Below are positions 26,758 through 40,906 of a stretch of DNA of 64,000 bases, piece after piece. The translations under genes were made by a program, and so were the position numbers. Every line of letters begins with the position of its first letter. Within the stretch, counting starts at the first letter, position 1. The stretch comes from Enoplolaimus lenunculus (lineage: Eukaryota): NCBI GenBank assembly GCA_030248215.1, contig JASANG010002125.1, positions 62,001 to 126,000 of the forward strand, written 5' to 3'. The notes under the pieces are model-generated. The model worked only from the letters and a program-made list of their open reading frames with translations, was not told the origin of the DNA and made no database searches.

Positions 26758-27797
26758 CGGTCGTTGGACGTTGCTTTATGATCTCACCGGGTCACGTTTT
26801 GTCCCATGTTGATTCGACGTCAACGTTAAAAGTCGGGCTGTCATAACAAATCAGCAGACGTAACTCGGATGTCATTGGACACAAGCCTACATATTACCGC
26901 TGTCAGATGTTCGATGTGTACAAGATTATTTCAAATTCTAATATATGATAGCAGACAAATAGAACTTTTTGAATATGATATGTGGTCTATAAGCAGACAA
27001 AATGTTACCCAATGGTCTAATCCGGTCAAAACGTCCCAGCTGCCCCGGTTATAACGTGAACCCCGTATGAGATTCCTTATATTATCTTACTCACTGTTCG
27101 TGCCGTTACGTTGGGAATGACGCAAAATTTACTGATACCGGCGTCATATTTTGCATAGGTCGATTTTGTGCTTTAGTGGGAGATATTCAGTTTGCTGTCG
27201 AGTGTTCTGATACCCGTCAATCAGTCAAAATACTGAAAACAAAACTAAAAATGTCTAATTTTAATCAATACGCTTAAAATGTGCAGTTTCACAACTGCGT
27301 AAATTTTAATGGAAATCAATCTTGTTCAAACATAATATTCAAGCGAACATTTTTGAGTATAAAAATACACAAACTTTTGGTAATTACAACGCGGAAGTGG
27401 TCACCCAAGTTTCGGTAGTAACTAAGTGTTGGGATTTAACCTTTTAGTTTTAATGTGTACAGCGATAGCCTTTTCGCGACATTTATACTGTCAAATGTAA
27501 AAAATCTAATCAATCTAGGTGATTGATCTGTAGTTTACTTTATTGGTTTAAATTGGTTTGTTGTCACCAATCAGTTGGTCAAAGATTGCATTGAAATGAT
27601 ATTTTTTAATAAACGCTGGTTTTGCAGTAAACGAGCGAACCGGTCACGATGATTTTTATGTCAAAGCGGATGCTGCACCGTACGAGCTTCTGCTAAAATT
27701 AGCTGATTCAACATCGGTTAAACCACTTATTTTTGGTTCATAGCTCCAAAAAGATTTGCAATTATGTATAAACTACTGCCGGTTGTATACTGTTTGG

Positions 27798-27960
27798 GGC
27801 CCATGTTACTTTAAGGGGCGTCCTGGTTTCTGGTGGGTCTAGGTTTAGATAGTAAATTACATTTTTTTCCTTAGAGTTAGGAGCTCATTTTTGCAACGCT
27901 TAGGCTTAAGCTTAATGATACGCTTGCTCCGTTGTTACGCCCCTAAAAGTAACATTGGCC
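27798..27960. mobile_element. TTAGGC-carrying MITE (Merlin-like), subfamily C
   Basis: GGCCCATGTTACTTTAAGGGGCGT ... ACGCCCCTAAAAGTAACATTGGCC; TSD CTGTTTGG/CTGTTTGA. Confidence 0.83.
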
Positions 27961-28090
27961 CTGTTTGACATGGTTTCGACTAGAGACAAGAATGCTCTGG
28001 CTAATATGTACTTACTGTGCGATTATTTTAATTGATTTATACGTGCGTCTTCAACTAGCACGCTTTACAACATTTTACTTTGGTAGGTAT

Positions 28091-28727
28091 CTGGGTGCAA
28101 CCGGAATTGCGGTTCCGGTAATTTTTAAGCTCTGTAAAAACCCTATAAATGCCATAGTTATATTTTACTAACTTTTTTTAAGCATAAGTGTACTAAATAT
28201 TGAGTAAATCTTTGCTTAAATAATGTAAAAAACTTAAACTACTGCTGTTGTTTCCTGATTAAGTAAATGTAAAGTTAAAAATTTTGTGTTTGCTTAAAAT
28301 TAAGTAAAACTTTGCCAAGCACCACAGTAAGTAAAACAGACACTTAATTCTGCAACAGTTTTACTTAAAAATTCTAAGTATATTTGTTAAATGAGCTTCC
28401 GGTTCCGGTAAATTTTTACCGGAATTGTAACTTCCGGTATTTAATTTTAGTCTTAGGAAATTAAGATATTTCACGAAAAATGATAAAAATTAAGTAGATT
28501 TCATTCGTATGTTGATTGCGCTTCCGCGGATTATGAAAATATAAAATACAGCAAATAAAGTGAATACCTATTTCCAACTAAAAGGTTTTTAACCAATATT
28601 ATTGCAAAAAAAGAAAATTAAAACAAATTTTTCGGTAGCATGTATTTTTCAGTTTCCGGTTCCGTTTCCGGTAATGTTTTCGAATTACGGTTTCGGTTAA
28701 GTAGATTGTAATTCCGGTTGCATTCTG
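28091..28727. mobile_element. hAT-like MITE (CAGGGTGCAACCGG-type TIR)
   Basis: CTGGGTGCAACCGGAATT ... AATTCCGGTTGCATTCTG; 8-bp TSD GTAGGTAT/GTGGGTAT. Confidence 0.7.
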
Positions 28728-29926
28728 GTGGGTATCCAACAGGGTGCATGCAAACGGAGCACAAAATATCCGAGTCTGTATAGGTCCGCAAATGTTGCCG
28801 TAGGTGACATTATACACAGAGTATTTGGTTATAAAAATGGTTTTGAAGTGTCTAATAAACCTTTAAGTACTAATCTTCGAAGTGTTGCCAAAAATTTGGT
28901 CTTTATAGTTTTGAAAAGTAAAAGCAATTAAAAAGCTTCCACAACTGCCCTACTAAAGTTACAAACTAACACAGTCTATCACTGGGAACGTTTTTAATAA
29001 AAAGACAAATTTTTATTACGGAAATTTCAAAAACTTCAGTCAAAATTTATACCAAAGGTCAATTCTCGGTCGGACCCGTAGGCAGACCTACATTTGTACC
29101 CTGATATCCAAAGAATACCGTAAAGTTTACGTTACAAGAATTTTGTGTATAGAATTAACTCGCAAATATACTTATATTAATGTAGCTGTGCCTATGCGGC
29201 ATTATAGATCCAAAAATTGTGCAACAGCCACTCGGGCTACCAATTTGGCACCTAACTGGGTACAGCAGAGGTCTGAGTCCAGGTAGAACTTCTGGTGGAG
29301 GTTCCGGCAATATCGGTAGTTAAATTTTACATAGTCTTACCAAATTTGTTTGTTGCGTTTCGTTGACGTTTCGTGCAGTATTTGCTACAATTAGCACATC
29401 AAACATCATTAAACTAGCTAATTTGGTCTCACCTGTAGCCCCGGCAAATTTTCTTGACGTTCGTCTCCGGTATTTTCACCACCGGTTGCACTCTAATACC
29501 TGCCACAAATCAGGGTTGTAAATGTACAAGTACAAATCCGGAAACGGAAACAGAAAACGGGTATTGAAGTAAATTAATGGACGAGTTTAAGTTTTCAAAC
29601 TTTTGAACATATATTGTCATTAGTGCTCCAAATTGCCTAATTGCTGCATATTTGGAATGAAAATTTTAGTGATATGTGATTTTACATCTAATAGCGCGAA
29701 AACAATAGTTTAAGGTATTTCATCGTTAACATTCGTACAGCGATTATTCATCGACAACTAGTATTGTTTTAATAGGTATACCCCGTCACAAGGTGCTTTG
29801 TTTTTCTACATATATCGTAGGGTTTCCCAACATCTTATTGAAAAAAGAGTTGATGTACCGAATTTTTTAAGAATTTTGTCATTTTTATTTTATATTGAAC
29901 AATAAAGGCAAACGAACAATATCTAC

Positions 29927-30270
29927 CAGGGTACAGCAGGAGGTCTGCCTCCGGCAGAAAGTCGGCCTCCGGCTTCGGTAGAATTTTTGCCGGAGATTCC
30001 GGCAATTTCGGTAATAAAATTTTGTATAATTTTGCAAAATTTTTCTGTTTAGCGCGTTTTGTTTCACTTTTATCGCACAATTTTCAGGATAGAATTTCCA
30101 AAATTTCGCAGAATATTAGCGTAAAACCAAAACACTTAACATATTGCAGATATTGGCTAAAATAATCTGATTAACCATCATTTTTACCACCTAAATTTCG
30201 CCTCACCTCCGGCTCCGGCAGGTTTCGCTGACCTCCGGCTACGGCAGTTTTCACCTCCGGTTGCACCCTG
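29927..30270. mobile_element. hAT-like MITE
   Basis: CAGGGTACAGCAGGAGGT ... ACCTCCGGTTGCACCCTG; TSD ATATCTAC/ATATCTAG. Related copies lie at about 29260-29495 and 56280-56535. Confidence 0.75.
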
Positions 30271-30947
30271 ATATCTAGAATGGTATTATATGTAAAACGC
30301 TATGCCGTGTACTGTATATGTAACAAGAAACGTTAATACTCTAGTACTCATTTTAGAGCGACAGTATAGTATAAATACCACGTTGACTAGTGTAGTATTT
30401 TCACAATTTTAAAGCTGATAAAATTGTTTAAAAAACGATTTGACGTTGTTTTGCACGATATTTTTGTATATTTTTACACACGGACACCGCAGGGGGTTGC
30501 AGCCATGCAATTGCTGGATCGTAGAAGAGTCGGCGATATTTTAAATATATTGCCACTTAAAATACTCGTACGTGTATAGTATAGTGCAACCGAAATTCCT
30601 GTACCTGTAAGGAAATCCGGTATTTTTCACTACCCGGTTCCGGTCAAAATCCGGTATTTATTCACCGGAATTTTTCAGTATTTCCGGTATTGAAAATTTT
30701 ACTCATTCGAGCCATGCAATTGCTGGATCGTAGAAGACTCTGTGATATTTTCAACTTATGCCTCTTAAAATTCTCTTATGTGTGTAGCAGCTATCTCACA
30801 AGTTAGGCAATTGGACTTTATCTTCACAACTATAGGTGATGGAACATTCATCCCAGCCGCAGTGGCAAACTCAGCATGCTATGGTGGGTGGAATAAAGTA
30901 ATTCTACGACGGACATTGGTCGATACCTACCATTTGCGAGCAGGATC

Positions 30948-31140
30948 GGCCCATGTACAATATCAGGGGTTGAACATTTTCCCGCGGAATTGCAATAGAG
31001 TAAAGCTTTAAGCGTAAGACTCTTTTTTGCTTAAGATTACGCATAAGCTCATCCCTATGCTCATTCTTATGCTTATCCATAGGCTTAGGCTTAGGAGTAC
31101 GCTTTATATTACTGTTGCTGCGCTGTTCTATACATTGGCC
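30948..31140. mobile_element. TTAGGC-carrying MITE (Merlin-like), A/B type
   Basis: GGCCCATGTACAATATCAGGGG ... CTGTTCTATACATTGGCC with the same internal layout; the TSD is not clean. Confidence 0.75.
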
Positions 31141-33714
31141 AGAATTCTCGCCCTCGCTGTTGGCATCGTGGATTCATTGTAAGTAAATGTTGAAATGAGA
31201 TATTAATTTCCGGTTTATGTTATGCGGCGTTCACATTAAAAAATTTGGCCTGGCCCCAAAATATGTCCCATCCCAGGGTTAACGAGTAGTTGTTCACCCG
31301 ACCTCAGCGAAAATTTTCCGTTGACCCTACCTCATCGAGTGGTCTGTGCCACTCGTTGAGGTAGGGTCAACACTGTTTTTGGCTTAAATTACTATATCGA
31401 GTTGAAGTATAACTAGCGGTACAAAATTTTCTATACGCTTTTGGTGAGCTTCCCTAACTGGCTCAGATTAAAACGTAGGCGACCAATATATAGAGCATGG
31501 CCGTTAGCGTCGTATAATCATATTCCCTATCCTAAAGCATTTAAAGCCTCTAAACATATGCCTAAGCGTAAGAATGAGCGTATACCCAAGCCTGAGCCCC
31601 GGGTGTAAACGGATAATGAAAATAACGGAATTGGAATCAGAAACATAACCGGATAGTGATCAAAATAACGGAAACGGAGATGAAACAGATGCTGAAGTAT
31701 AAAAATTTCAAATTTATTTTCTTTTTCTGCCAACACGATAGAGGCGTGCATAAATTTACTGGCCTTTTAAAGACATCAAAGAAGAAATGACGGATGCATC
31801 AAATTTTTTTAAGATTTTGAATGATTTCGTAATTCTTCTTTCATTTCGAACAATTTTGAGGGTAAAAATACCGTTATTTCTTTAACGGAAACGGAAACGG
31901 ACATCGAATTTTACCGGAAACGCATATCTGGTTTGCACGCTGCAAACCTATACCTAAGCAAAAAACTTTAAACTTACAATATTGTACTCCAGCAGATAAA
32001 GGTTCCGTCCCTAATCTATGCGTGGGCCGGCTTAGGTTTAGGAAAAGCATACCTAAGCATGATATCTACCTGATTTTACGCCTTTAAGTTAAATGTGGGA
32101 TAGTCTACAATAGTTTATGTTGCTAGAAAATTTACAGTAAATGGCTCTTATTATAAACTACCCATCACATTAACCACAGCTCAAATATGAGCCTCATATT
32201 TGGACCTTAGTGTAATCCTAAGCTTAATACTTATGTTATTCCAAAATTTGAAAATTTCAAAAACTCTGGGGTGTCGATAAGTGTCCAAAAGCCCGGTGCC
32301 CCGGTGTATTGATGAGGAAGGTGCTCTTCACAGCTGAATTCAACCCACAAATTGTTAAGGATTGCGCTATACCTACCGTCGCGCACCGCTGGACACTGGC
32401 TCGCGGCATAATTGATTCTACTAATTTTTGTGCTTAGGTCTTAGGCTTAGACTTAGACTTAGGAATAGGCTCATCCATACGCTTAGGCTTAGGCTTAGGC
32501 TTAAGCTTAGGAATATACTTATGCTACTGTTCCGGCCCTGTTGTATACATGGGCCACTGTATCCGAGAAAGCGAAAAAACCGTTCACAGAAACAATTGAT
32601 TGCAAGAATATTTTTCGGATTTCAGAAACAGTTGAAAAATATTAAGTGGATGTTGTGTTTATCTTTTATAAGCTCGGGAAAACATCGTGTTTTGTCTTTA
32701 AAGCGCTTGGAATTGCGTATGTTTAAATGTTGATTAAAGTCTTTGAATGTCAGCAAAAAACGCTTTTTGTCTTTTTGTAAGCATTGAATTTTAGAAACGT
32801 ACGGAAGTTGGCGGACGGGGCCAGCTAACAAAGTGTAAATGAATAGTAAAAATAGCGGAAACGGATAGTGATCAAAACAACGGAAAAGAAACAATATAAC
32901 AGAAACTAAATACGGATATTCGGTGCGGGTTTTTGTTGTTGTATTTGCTGTGGGTTTTGTTGTTTTTGGTGTTGTTTTCGTTAAAAAGATAAAAGTTTAA
33001 AAGTTGTTTGATTTTTCGGCCAATACATAATTAAATCATGCAATTATTCATTGAGTTGATTTTAACTCAGACTGAGTTGAATCACTCAGTCTGAGTTAGG
33101 AGTTTCAGAACTCAGAAATTAGAGTTGATTCAATTCATTCTGAGTTAATTAATCAACTCAGCCAGAGTCAACTCAACTCAGAGTGAGTTAATGTTCACTG
33201 ATATTAATTCAGAAATAACTAATTCGCTAGCTGAATTGATTAATCAACTCATTGTAATTTACAGTGTGCATTCCCAATTTGTATTTATTTAAAAATTGAA
33301 TGATCTGCCATAGTGATTCAACAACTTATAATATGAGCATATAAAAATATCGGAATTTTGCTGTATTTCTCTATAACGGAAACGGACACAAATTTTTAAA
33401 GGAAACAAAAGCGGATATACGTATACTCTGCTAGGTTCTCTGTTGTTTTTGTGTGATTCAGCAAACCTCGAAATGAGACAATAAGGAACTGCTATGACTT
33501 CTGGAATGCGCTCCTCCTGCAGTGGAACTTTTTACTCGCCTAAGGAGTGGCAGCAGTACGTACGTTTACTGTTTTAGTAAGAACCAGGGTCGATTATGGC
33601 TTTTATAGGAATATGCCGCAAGCTGTGTTGCTTGCGACACAAAATGTACCAACGCTCGTTGTGTTTTTTATTATACCCGGCACCACTCGGTTACTGACAT
33701 TCGGAAAACGGTAA

Positions 33715-33865
33715 GGGTAGCGCTATGCTTGTCATGCGGCACGTTGGTCGCCGTCCGTCTTTGTTCGTGCCGTCCGTCATCGCTCGTCGTCGTGCGGTAA
33801 CGTACACGAGACGACGACGAACGGTGTCGAACGGCATATTAAGATTATAAAAAATTGCGCTACCC
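33715..33865. mobile_element. PIF/Harbinger-like MITE (same family as 17386)
   Basis: GGGTAGCGC ... GCGCTACCC; TSD TAA. A related copy with 21-bp internal repeats lies at about 37845-38015. Confidence 0.7.
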
Positions 33866-34446
33866 TAACAGTTTAACATTTTATTCAATTACAGTTAAAA
33901 CGTGACAATGCTCAGATTACAAGACTTTCAAAAATTTTAAAGAAAAATCGCTGTTGCAGGCAAATCTTTTAAGATTTCAAATGAATTTCGTCATTTTTAT
34001 TACAAATCGAACAATTCTGGCACATCTGGACTGAAAAATTGAGTGATTTGCAAAATTATGTCATTTACAGGTTATTATAAACATAACAAAACATCGGGAT
34101 TTCCGACGGAACCAAACCCGGAAACAAACATCAATGTTTTACTGCAAACGGAAACGGATAAACGGATATACCGTGCTACTTTATACAATATAATAGTATT
34201 TCTGTCATAGCATCCACTTTACTACTGGTACATATTGCCGCCGCTAGCTGATCCAGAGGGGGAGTGGGTGGGGGTGTACGCCTCCCATCACAAGTTTTTT
34301 CCGATAAAGTAGCAAGGTCCCTACTTTAAAATATTTATGAGTTTCGTAACTTTTACCAGCCCGTCCCCCCGGTCAAAATTTTTTTAACCAATTTGAAGTT
34401 CTGTGCGGTATCCCAGCTTTTCCTGAATTTTAGAATTTAATTAAGT

Positions 34447-37400
34447 ATGATTTTAGATTTAGTTAGCGCAGGTAAGTTATTCGCTCCACGATTAGACGAT
34501 GATTTTGTCGACCGGCTTCATTACTTTCTTACCAGCAATATGCTTATCGTTCTTGCGATGCTGGTCAGTTTTAAACAATTTGGCGATGCGCCTATGGAAT
34601 GCATGATCCCAAAGATGTATCCAAGTTCGTGGACAGATGTAAGTTTAGGTGCTATATGGAAAGATTGGGGGGTGGAATGTTTTTGTGCGGGGCTGCAATT
34701 GAAGCTTAAGTTTTTAGAGTATTTGTTTTGCTTAGGCAAAAGTTTATGATCATTGTTACGCTTAGGTTGAGGCTTCGGCTTAGGAATATGCTTATACTGC
34801 TGTTACGACCTTGCTGAATACAATGGTCGGTTTAGTTATTGTAAAAAGCAATTTTAAGGTTTCAAGGAAAGGGCGTAGCCTGAGGGGGCAATGGGTCCAT
34901 GACCCCTCTAAAATATTTCAAAACATATTTTGGTTAATAAATATACGCTGGAAATGACAGTTGAGCATTTGTGCATTTCGCGTCGTCCTTCTGAAACTAT
35001 AATCCTTGCCATGCATGTGTTTCAAACTTTAGTTTGAATTTAATAAATTTCAGTACTTTTTATTAATGCTTACCTATTTCTCCGACGTGTGTCTTTGGCA
35101 TGGTTGTATGTCGATAAATTTTTTAATTACTTCTGTGAAATTTTATGCCCTGGTAATTTCAACGCAGCCTAATAATGTTAAATTCCCACCGCGAAATCGG
35201 GATGTTCCGTGGTGTCTGAGATCAAACCAACCTCTCAAACCGAGCTAAGCTTTACTGTGAAAGAAGAAAACACTACTTAGAAACCATAAAAGTTTCGCCT
35301 AGTACTAGTAGATCAGGAAAAAATTAATATACAATGCATCAAGTCGGTATTTTTGCTAATTTGCTTGCGACGACCACAACACAGCTGTGTCCTATATAAG
35401 TTGGCCAAAATCGCACCGACTGAACATGGCAAGCCTGTATATAAAATTGTTATCCGGCGCACGCAAGATATTGTGGACGATGCCTTTTATGCTGAATAGA
35501 ACAATTCCTCTTCAAGTTTTCAAACTTTAACCCTTTCTCACATGAAATATTTTTATATTTTTATTTCATCTGAAACTTATATGCGATGATTTAAACCGCT
35601 GACACTGGAGTAGGATGCTTTTGCCATAAGCACGGCCCATGTATAGAACAGGACCGGATCGTTTTCCGGAGGGGTTATATATGATAGACCCGGTTTAAGC
35701 TTTAGACTAATTTTTTTGCTTAGGCTTAGGCTTAGGAATAAGCTCATCCATACGCTTAGGCGTAGGCTTAAGCTTAGGCTTAGGAATATGCTTATACTAC
35801 TGTTCCGGCCCTGTTCTATACATGGACCATAACCACTTAGCTATAGAAGCTTGACGCTCGAGTGCAAGGAGGCTGTCAGTTAATTATTTTCAGTATTCAC
35901 AACAATATTGCTGGTCGCAACAGACATATTTTATTCCGCTCGACAACGAAATTGTTATACCATCCGAAAGCGATGTTCGTACGCAAAGCCGTGTTTCATA
36001 CTATCAATGGGTTCCGTTCTTTTTACTCTTCGAAGCCGTTTGTTTCCGCGTCGGCAGTATTTTGTGGCGTTTTTTGGCTGGAAGATCTGGTAAACGTTTC
36101 TGTCGCTCATAGCTTGTACAGTCTCGTTGATGCCGTTATATATGAGATTTTTTAATATTTCAGTCGAAGTTTTGCACAAAAAAATGTTCTGATTTTTAAT
36201 ATTGCGAGTGCGTCAAAATTTTAAATTAGAGTCCATAAATATTAATTACTCCAATTGGACTACGCAAATGCTTCCTGGACTAAATAATGTTCAACACGAA
36301 TTTGAGTACGCAAAGTATATTCCTAATATACTATGTTCTAAAGCGTATTCCTAAAGCATAGTTTAAATCCATAAATCATAGACAATGGCATAGAGTGAAA
36401 GATGGGGGGGTCCAACCAAATATTAACTGGGAAGAGGGTGGGTTGAAAAATAAATAACTGTCTGTTCCCGAATAACAAGGGGTTCCCTATTGAGAGGCGA
36501 AAGTTAAGCCACCCACAATCGTAGTCGACTTCGACTTTCCGTAGTAAAATTTAAATTCTAAAACAATCTTATTCAAGAATCGTGTCAAGCATTTTGATAA
36601 AAGTTAGAATGCGTTAATAGTCTTTTGATACGCAAGCGATTCATTTTAGACTTTCTGCACTTAATACAAAAAAGTGGTTTAAAAGATGCTGCTGAAAACT
36701 CGAACAAACATTTTAAAATAGCGTTTGATTTTTGACCCGATAGCTAAATTATTCTCCATATCTGTATATTAAAGCTGGAACGCCCCACATACGTATTTTG
36801 GGCAACTTTCCAGCATTTACTTTGTTTGCAATAATTTCTTAACGAATACACGTGCAGATTGTTCTATGAAAAGAAAATTTGCTAAGAAATTTTCGTGCTT
36901 TCGCTAACTTTTGCGCATTGCGCAAAGCTGGCAGACTAGTATAGGTATTATATGCTTATAGGAATTCGACTTGGCACAATCGTCGAAAAAGCTTGCGATC
37001 CACAAAATATGAAATACGACGTCCGTGAAGAGACACTTCGTCAACTGTGTATTCATCTACAAAACGTTCTACGTTTCCATCGTCGCGTTCACAAGCGTCA
37101 CATTGTACCACATCGCATATTGCGTCCGTGTAATTTACCGTATACAGGAATATTTACAACCACATTGTACATCGGATGCAAAATTGTCTATTTGCTAAAT
37201 GTTTTTGTTCAATTGTATTTAATGAACTATTTCCTTCAAATTGCAACTAACGTTGACACGGCAACTTTGAAATCAAATTGGTCTCACCAGTTGGATCAAA
37301 GCTCACGAGATAACCGGTCAATGTCTGTTTTTGGATACGGTGTCAATGCAATGCTCGATATTGTGACAGCAAAACCGTGGCAAGCTACTGGATTGTTTCC

Positions 37401-40242
37401 ACGCATTACGTTTTGCGACTTTTATGTAAGGACGATGTGTTTATTCGGCGCCACAGCAAACTAGGCTTCTGTATACCGTCAAAATTACGGGATACGGGCT
37501 TCTTGTGATGACCGAAATATTTTTCAAATTTTTGTTTAAAATCTGGTTTGGGTTGATGACCCCGTTTTGGTGATTGGTGGGCCCCTTATCGAGGGTATGG
37601 ATGCTGGCTGCTCCGGCCCGGTGTTTGTTACAAAAACTTGCATACTGCGTAGTATATACTCAGGTAAGATTCAGCTATTTTAAGCAGGAGGTCAATTGTA
37701 AGACCGTTACAATAAAATTTTTTGTCCTGTTGCGCTTCGGGTTATAATGAATATATTTTTCGTAATTATGAAGTAGAAGTTTAATTCTGAAGCTTGTAAA
37801 ATTGACTTGGACTTCGCAGTGTTCCTAGCTATTTTGATACCTTGCGGCTATATTTGTCTTACGGATCTGTCCGTCAACGTCCGTCACCATACCGTGCGCC
37901 GTACGTGAGTATTTCACTTCTGATACCGCACGGTGACGGACGGGTGACGCATGGTGACGGACGGGTGACGCATGGTGACGGACGGGTCCGAACGTCATCC
38001 AAAGTATAGCGCCACCGTGATGCGGGGCTTTATTTGATGTCTTTGGGGGACTATATTGACCCGATTTTCTCATTTGTGATCGCTCACACTTCGCCTTACC
38101 TCTGATGTCAACTTCAACTCCGCGGCAGCTTTTGTTGAGCTCCGTTTCCGGCTCCGGCTCAGGTATTCTTCACTTCCGATTGCTCCCTGTTGACAACGAA
38201 ATGGGACAACGGGGCGGTTCAAGTTTGGCCAACAGCGCACTCTAACCAATGTTTGACAGGAGCCAAAGTGAAAAATTTTAATATTTGGCCTTTAATAATA
38301 AATGCGTTTCTGTGGGGGGGGGTTAACTGGATACATATTTTGAAACGTTTCATATGGTTGAAATCGCATAAAATTCAACTTTTAAACGGTTGCTTTGCAG
38401 ATGCGTGAAATGGGAAGCAACATTCAACGGCATACAGTACAATGTGTTCTATTAATCAATATGTTCAACGAGAAAATATTTGTATTCCTATGGTTTTGGT
38501 ACTTGTTGCTATTTGTGGTCACGTTTTGTTCGATAATTTACTGGGCAACCGTACTGATTATGGGATCGCTTGCACGAAGCTTTATTGTTCGGTAAAATCA
38601 AAAAGATTGTTTTTTGTTTTTGAGAAATATAAAGTTTTTGTTTTGGCGAACGTCCCAAAATTATGTTTCACAAACAAACAAAGTTTCTTTGTGAAATTTA
38701 AATTTTACATATGCGAACCTTTCCTTTTGTTGCAAATAAACGTTGATTTACACCATCGAATAAAGGTTAATGGTTATGAGATTGGTGAAACAAGCTATGA
38801 TTATCATTTTCTACTTATAATTGCGTAAAAGTTACAGTTTTGTATAGGCTAGAATTTTCTCAAGGTCTTCGTGCAATTGGTCAGTATTATGCTTCATACC
38901 AACTTTTACCCGTTCAGAATTTGGAGTTAGGCTTATTCATGTGATTTAGGCTTCTCACTAAAAATTATACTTAAAATTAAGTAAAACTGTAGCCGAATTA
39001 AGTGTCGGTTTTACTTACTATGGTGCTTGGCAAAGTTTTACTTAATTTTAAGCAAACACAAAATTTTTAGCTTTACATTTACTTATTTTATCACAAAATG
39101 ACAGTAGTAGTTTTACTTACTTACATTTTTAAGCAAAGATTTACTCAATATTTAGTACACTTATACTTAAAGAAGTTAGCAAAATAAAACCATAGTGTTT
39201 TAAGTAGGGTGCTTTTACAGAGTTGTGAATATAATAAGCTTAGTGCAACGTTTGTAAGAGTAATATCTGTAATCTTGGATTGTGCATTAATACTTAATAT
39301 CAACGCAGGCACTTGAAACTCGCTGAAATTAAATTCAACAAATCGTCTTATCAACGAGACATCGATCGGTTCGTGTTTCACTACTTGAAACGCGACGGAG
39401 TGTTCATTCTTCATGTGCTCACATCTCATGCCGGTGTTATGTTCACAGCGGATTTGACGCATCGGTTGTGGAAAACGTATTTTCGAGTCGAAGACCATCT
39501 CAAACAACAGATACGGCAAGATTTGACACAGGTCGCGAAAAATGTGGCACTTGCAAGTGTTTCCAGCGTGACCGAAGACGGCAAGCAAGATGCAAATTGT
39601 CAAGCAGACCAAGATGACTCAACAGAAGAACGAAACGTCGGATCTAAGCAAAGCTTGAAAAAATCAACGTCGAAAACAAGTTCGAAAGTTGGCAAACAAC
39701 CAAATGAGTGTCAAACGGACGAAAATGGAGAATGGCGAACGGCGTCTTCAAAGTGTTCTTCGGAAGACCAACTCCTACTTGATCAAAATACTTCCGAAGG
39801 GCAAACTCTCCGGCCTGCAAAGTTACAGTACGGCTACAGCGATCCCAGAGGAACCAAACGCGACAATGGCCAAAGTCTGACGTTGTTGACTTCAAAATCT
39901 GCGCCAAGTGGTTATGACAAAGCGAAGGGAAGATCGCCTGCAACTCCTACTTTTAAACCCACACTTCTATTTTATGAAGAAGATCAATGCGAAAAGCCGA
40001 CCATCGATGAAGATCAATGCGAAATGCCGACAGTCCGACAACGAAAAGCAGTTTTGCAACGGCAGCAAAAAGTCAATAACAGCAATGAACAAAATCTGGA
40101 ACATTCGAATGATGAAGACAACAAATCGATGGCTACTGCTGTAATTGAGCACACCATAGACGGTCAGGAAACACAGTCTACAACTGACACGTCTAGTGCG
40201 GACTCTGCAGCTAGTGAGTCAACTGTAATACATAACATTTAA
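34447..40242 (+). CDS. inx-10: Innexin (gap-junction/hemichannel protein), INX-10/INX-11-like (5 exons, about 658 aa)
   Basis: Exons 34447-34638, 35894-36089, 36962-37425, 38401-38591 and 39309-40242 are phase-consistent (1977 nt). Motifs: DDDFVDRLHY, SFKQFG-PMEC, YCWS, YYQWVPFFLL, FPRITFCDF, HTVQCVLLINMFNEKIFVFLWFW, YLKRDGVFIL. The loop HLQNVLRFHRR...PHR...NLPY resembles C. elegans INX-10 as I recall it; orthology is unverified. Confidence 0.92.
35634..35828. mobile_element. TTAGGC-carrying MITE (Merlin-like), subfamily A
   Basis: GGCCCATGTATAGAACAGGACCGGA ... TCCGGCCCTGTTCTATACATGGACC; TSD ATAAGCAC/ATAACCAC. Confidence 0.85.
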
Positions 40243-40750
40243 ATTGTCTTCTGGGTTCCGCTTTATGCACGGGCGTTCGCAGAAAATTGTATTTGCGGCA
40301 CCGAATAATTTTGTGGGTTCCTACAATTGCAATTCAAATTTTTCAGACCGAGTGTATTTGTGGGGCACCAGCCGAATTTAGTAGGGTGGCGCGGCCCCTC
40401 CAATGACTCCCCATGGGGACGCCCTTGCGCTTACGTGCAATTTGGAGTTGGAATATGACGTGGTGTGAAATATTTTACAGCGGTTTTGGAAACAATCCTC
40501 CAAAACAGACAGTTTTCCTCGTTATATGCTGTGGAAGGTTTATTTTGTAAAGGTAAAGCCTATGAAAAGAATAGGTGCCGAACAAAATGCACTGGCTTCA
40601 ATCTTCCATGCTTAAGCTAGCTCTAACCCTATAAGGCCTAAAGGTTTAGGAATTTGTTTGGAACCTGCTCTGTATGTAGACATAAAGCGTTTAATCCGGA
40701 TAGTAATTAGCGTGTTTTATATATTATAATATAATCTAAACCGAGTTGTG

Positions 40751-40906
40751 AGCCCATGTATAGATCAGGGCCGGATCGTTTTCCGGAGGGGCTGCAATGG
40801 AGCCAGTTTAAGCTTTAGACTAATTTTTTGCTTAGGCTTAGGCTTTAGGCTTAGGCTTAGGAATATGGTTATACCTACTGTTGCGGCCCTGTTCTATACA
40901 TGGTCC
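40751..40906. mobile_element. TTAGGC-carrying MITE (Merlin-like), subfamily A
   Basis: AGCCCATGTATAGATCAGGGCCGGA ... GGCCCTGTTCTATACATGGTCC; TSD GAGTTGTG/GATTTGTG. Confidence 0.83.
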
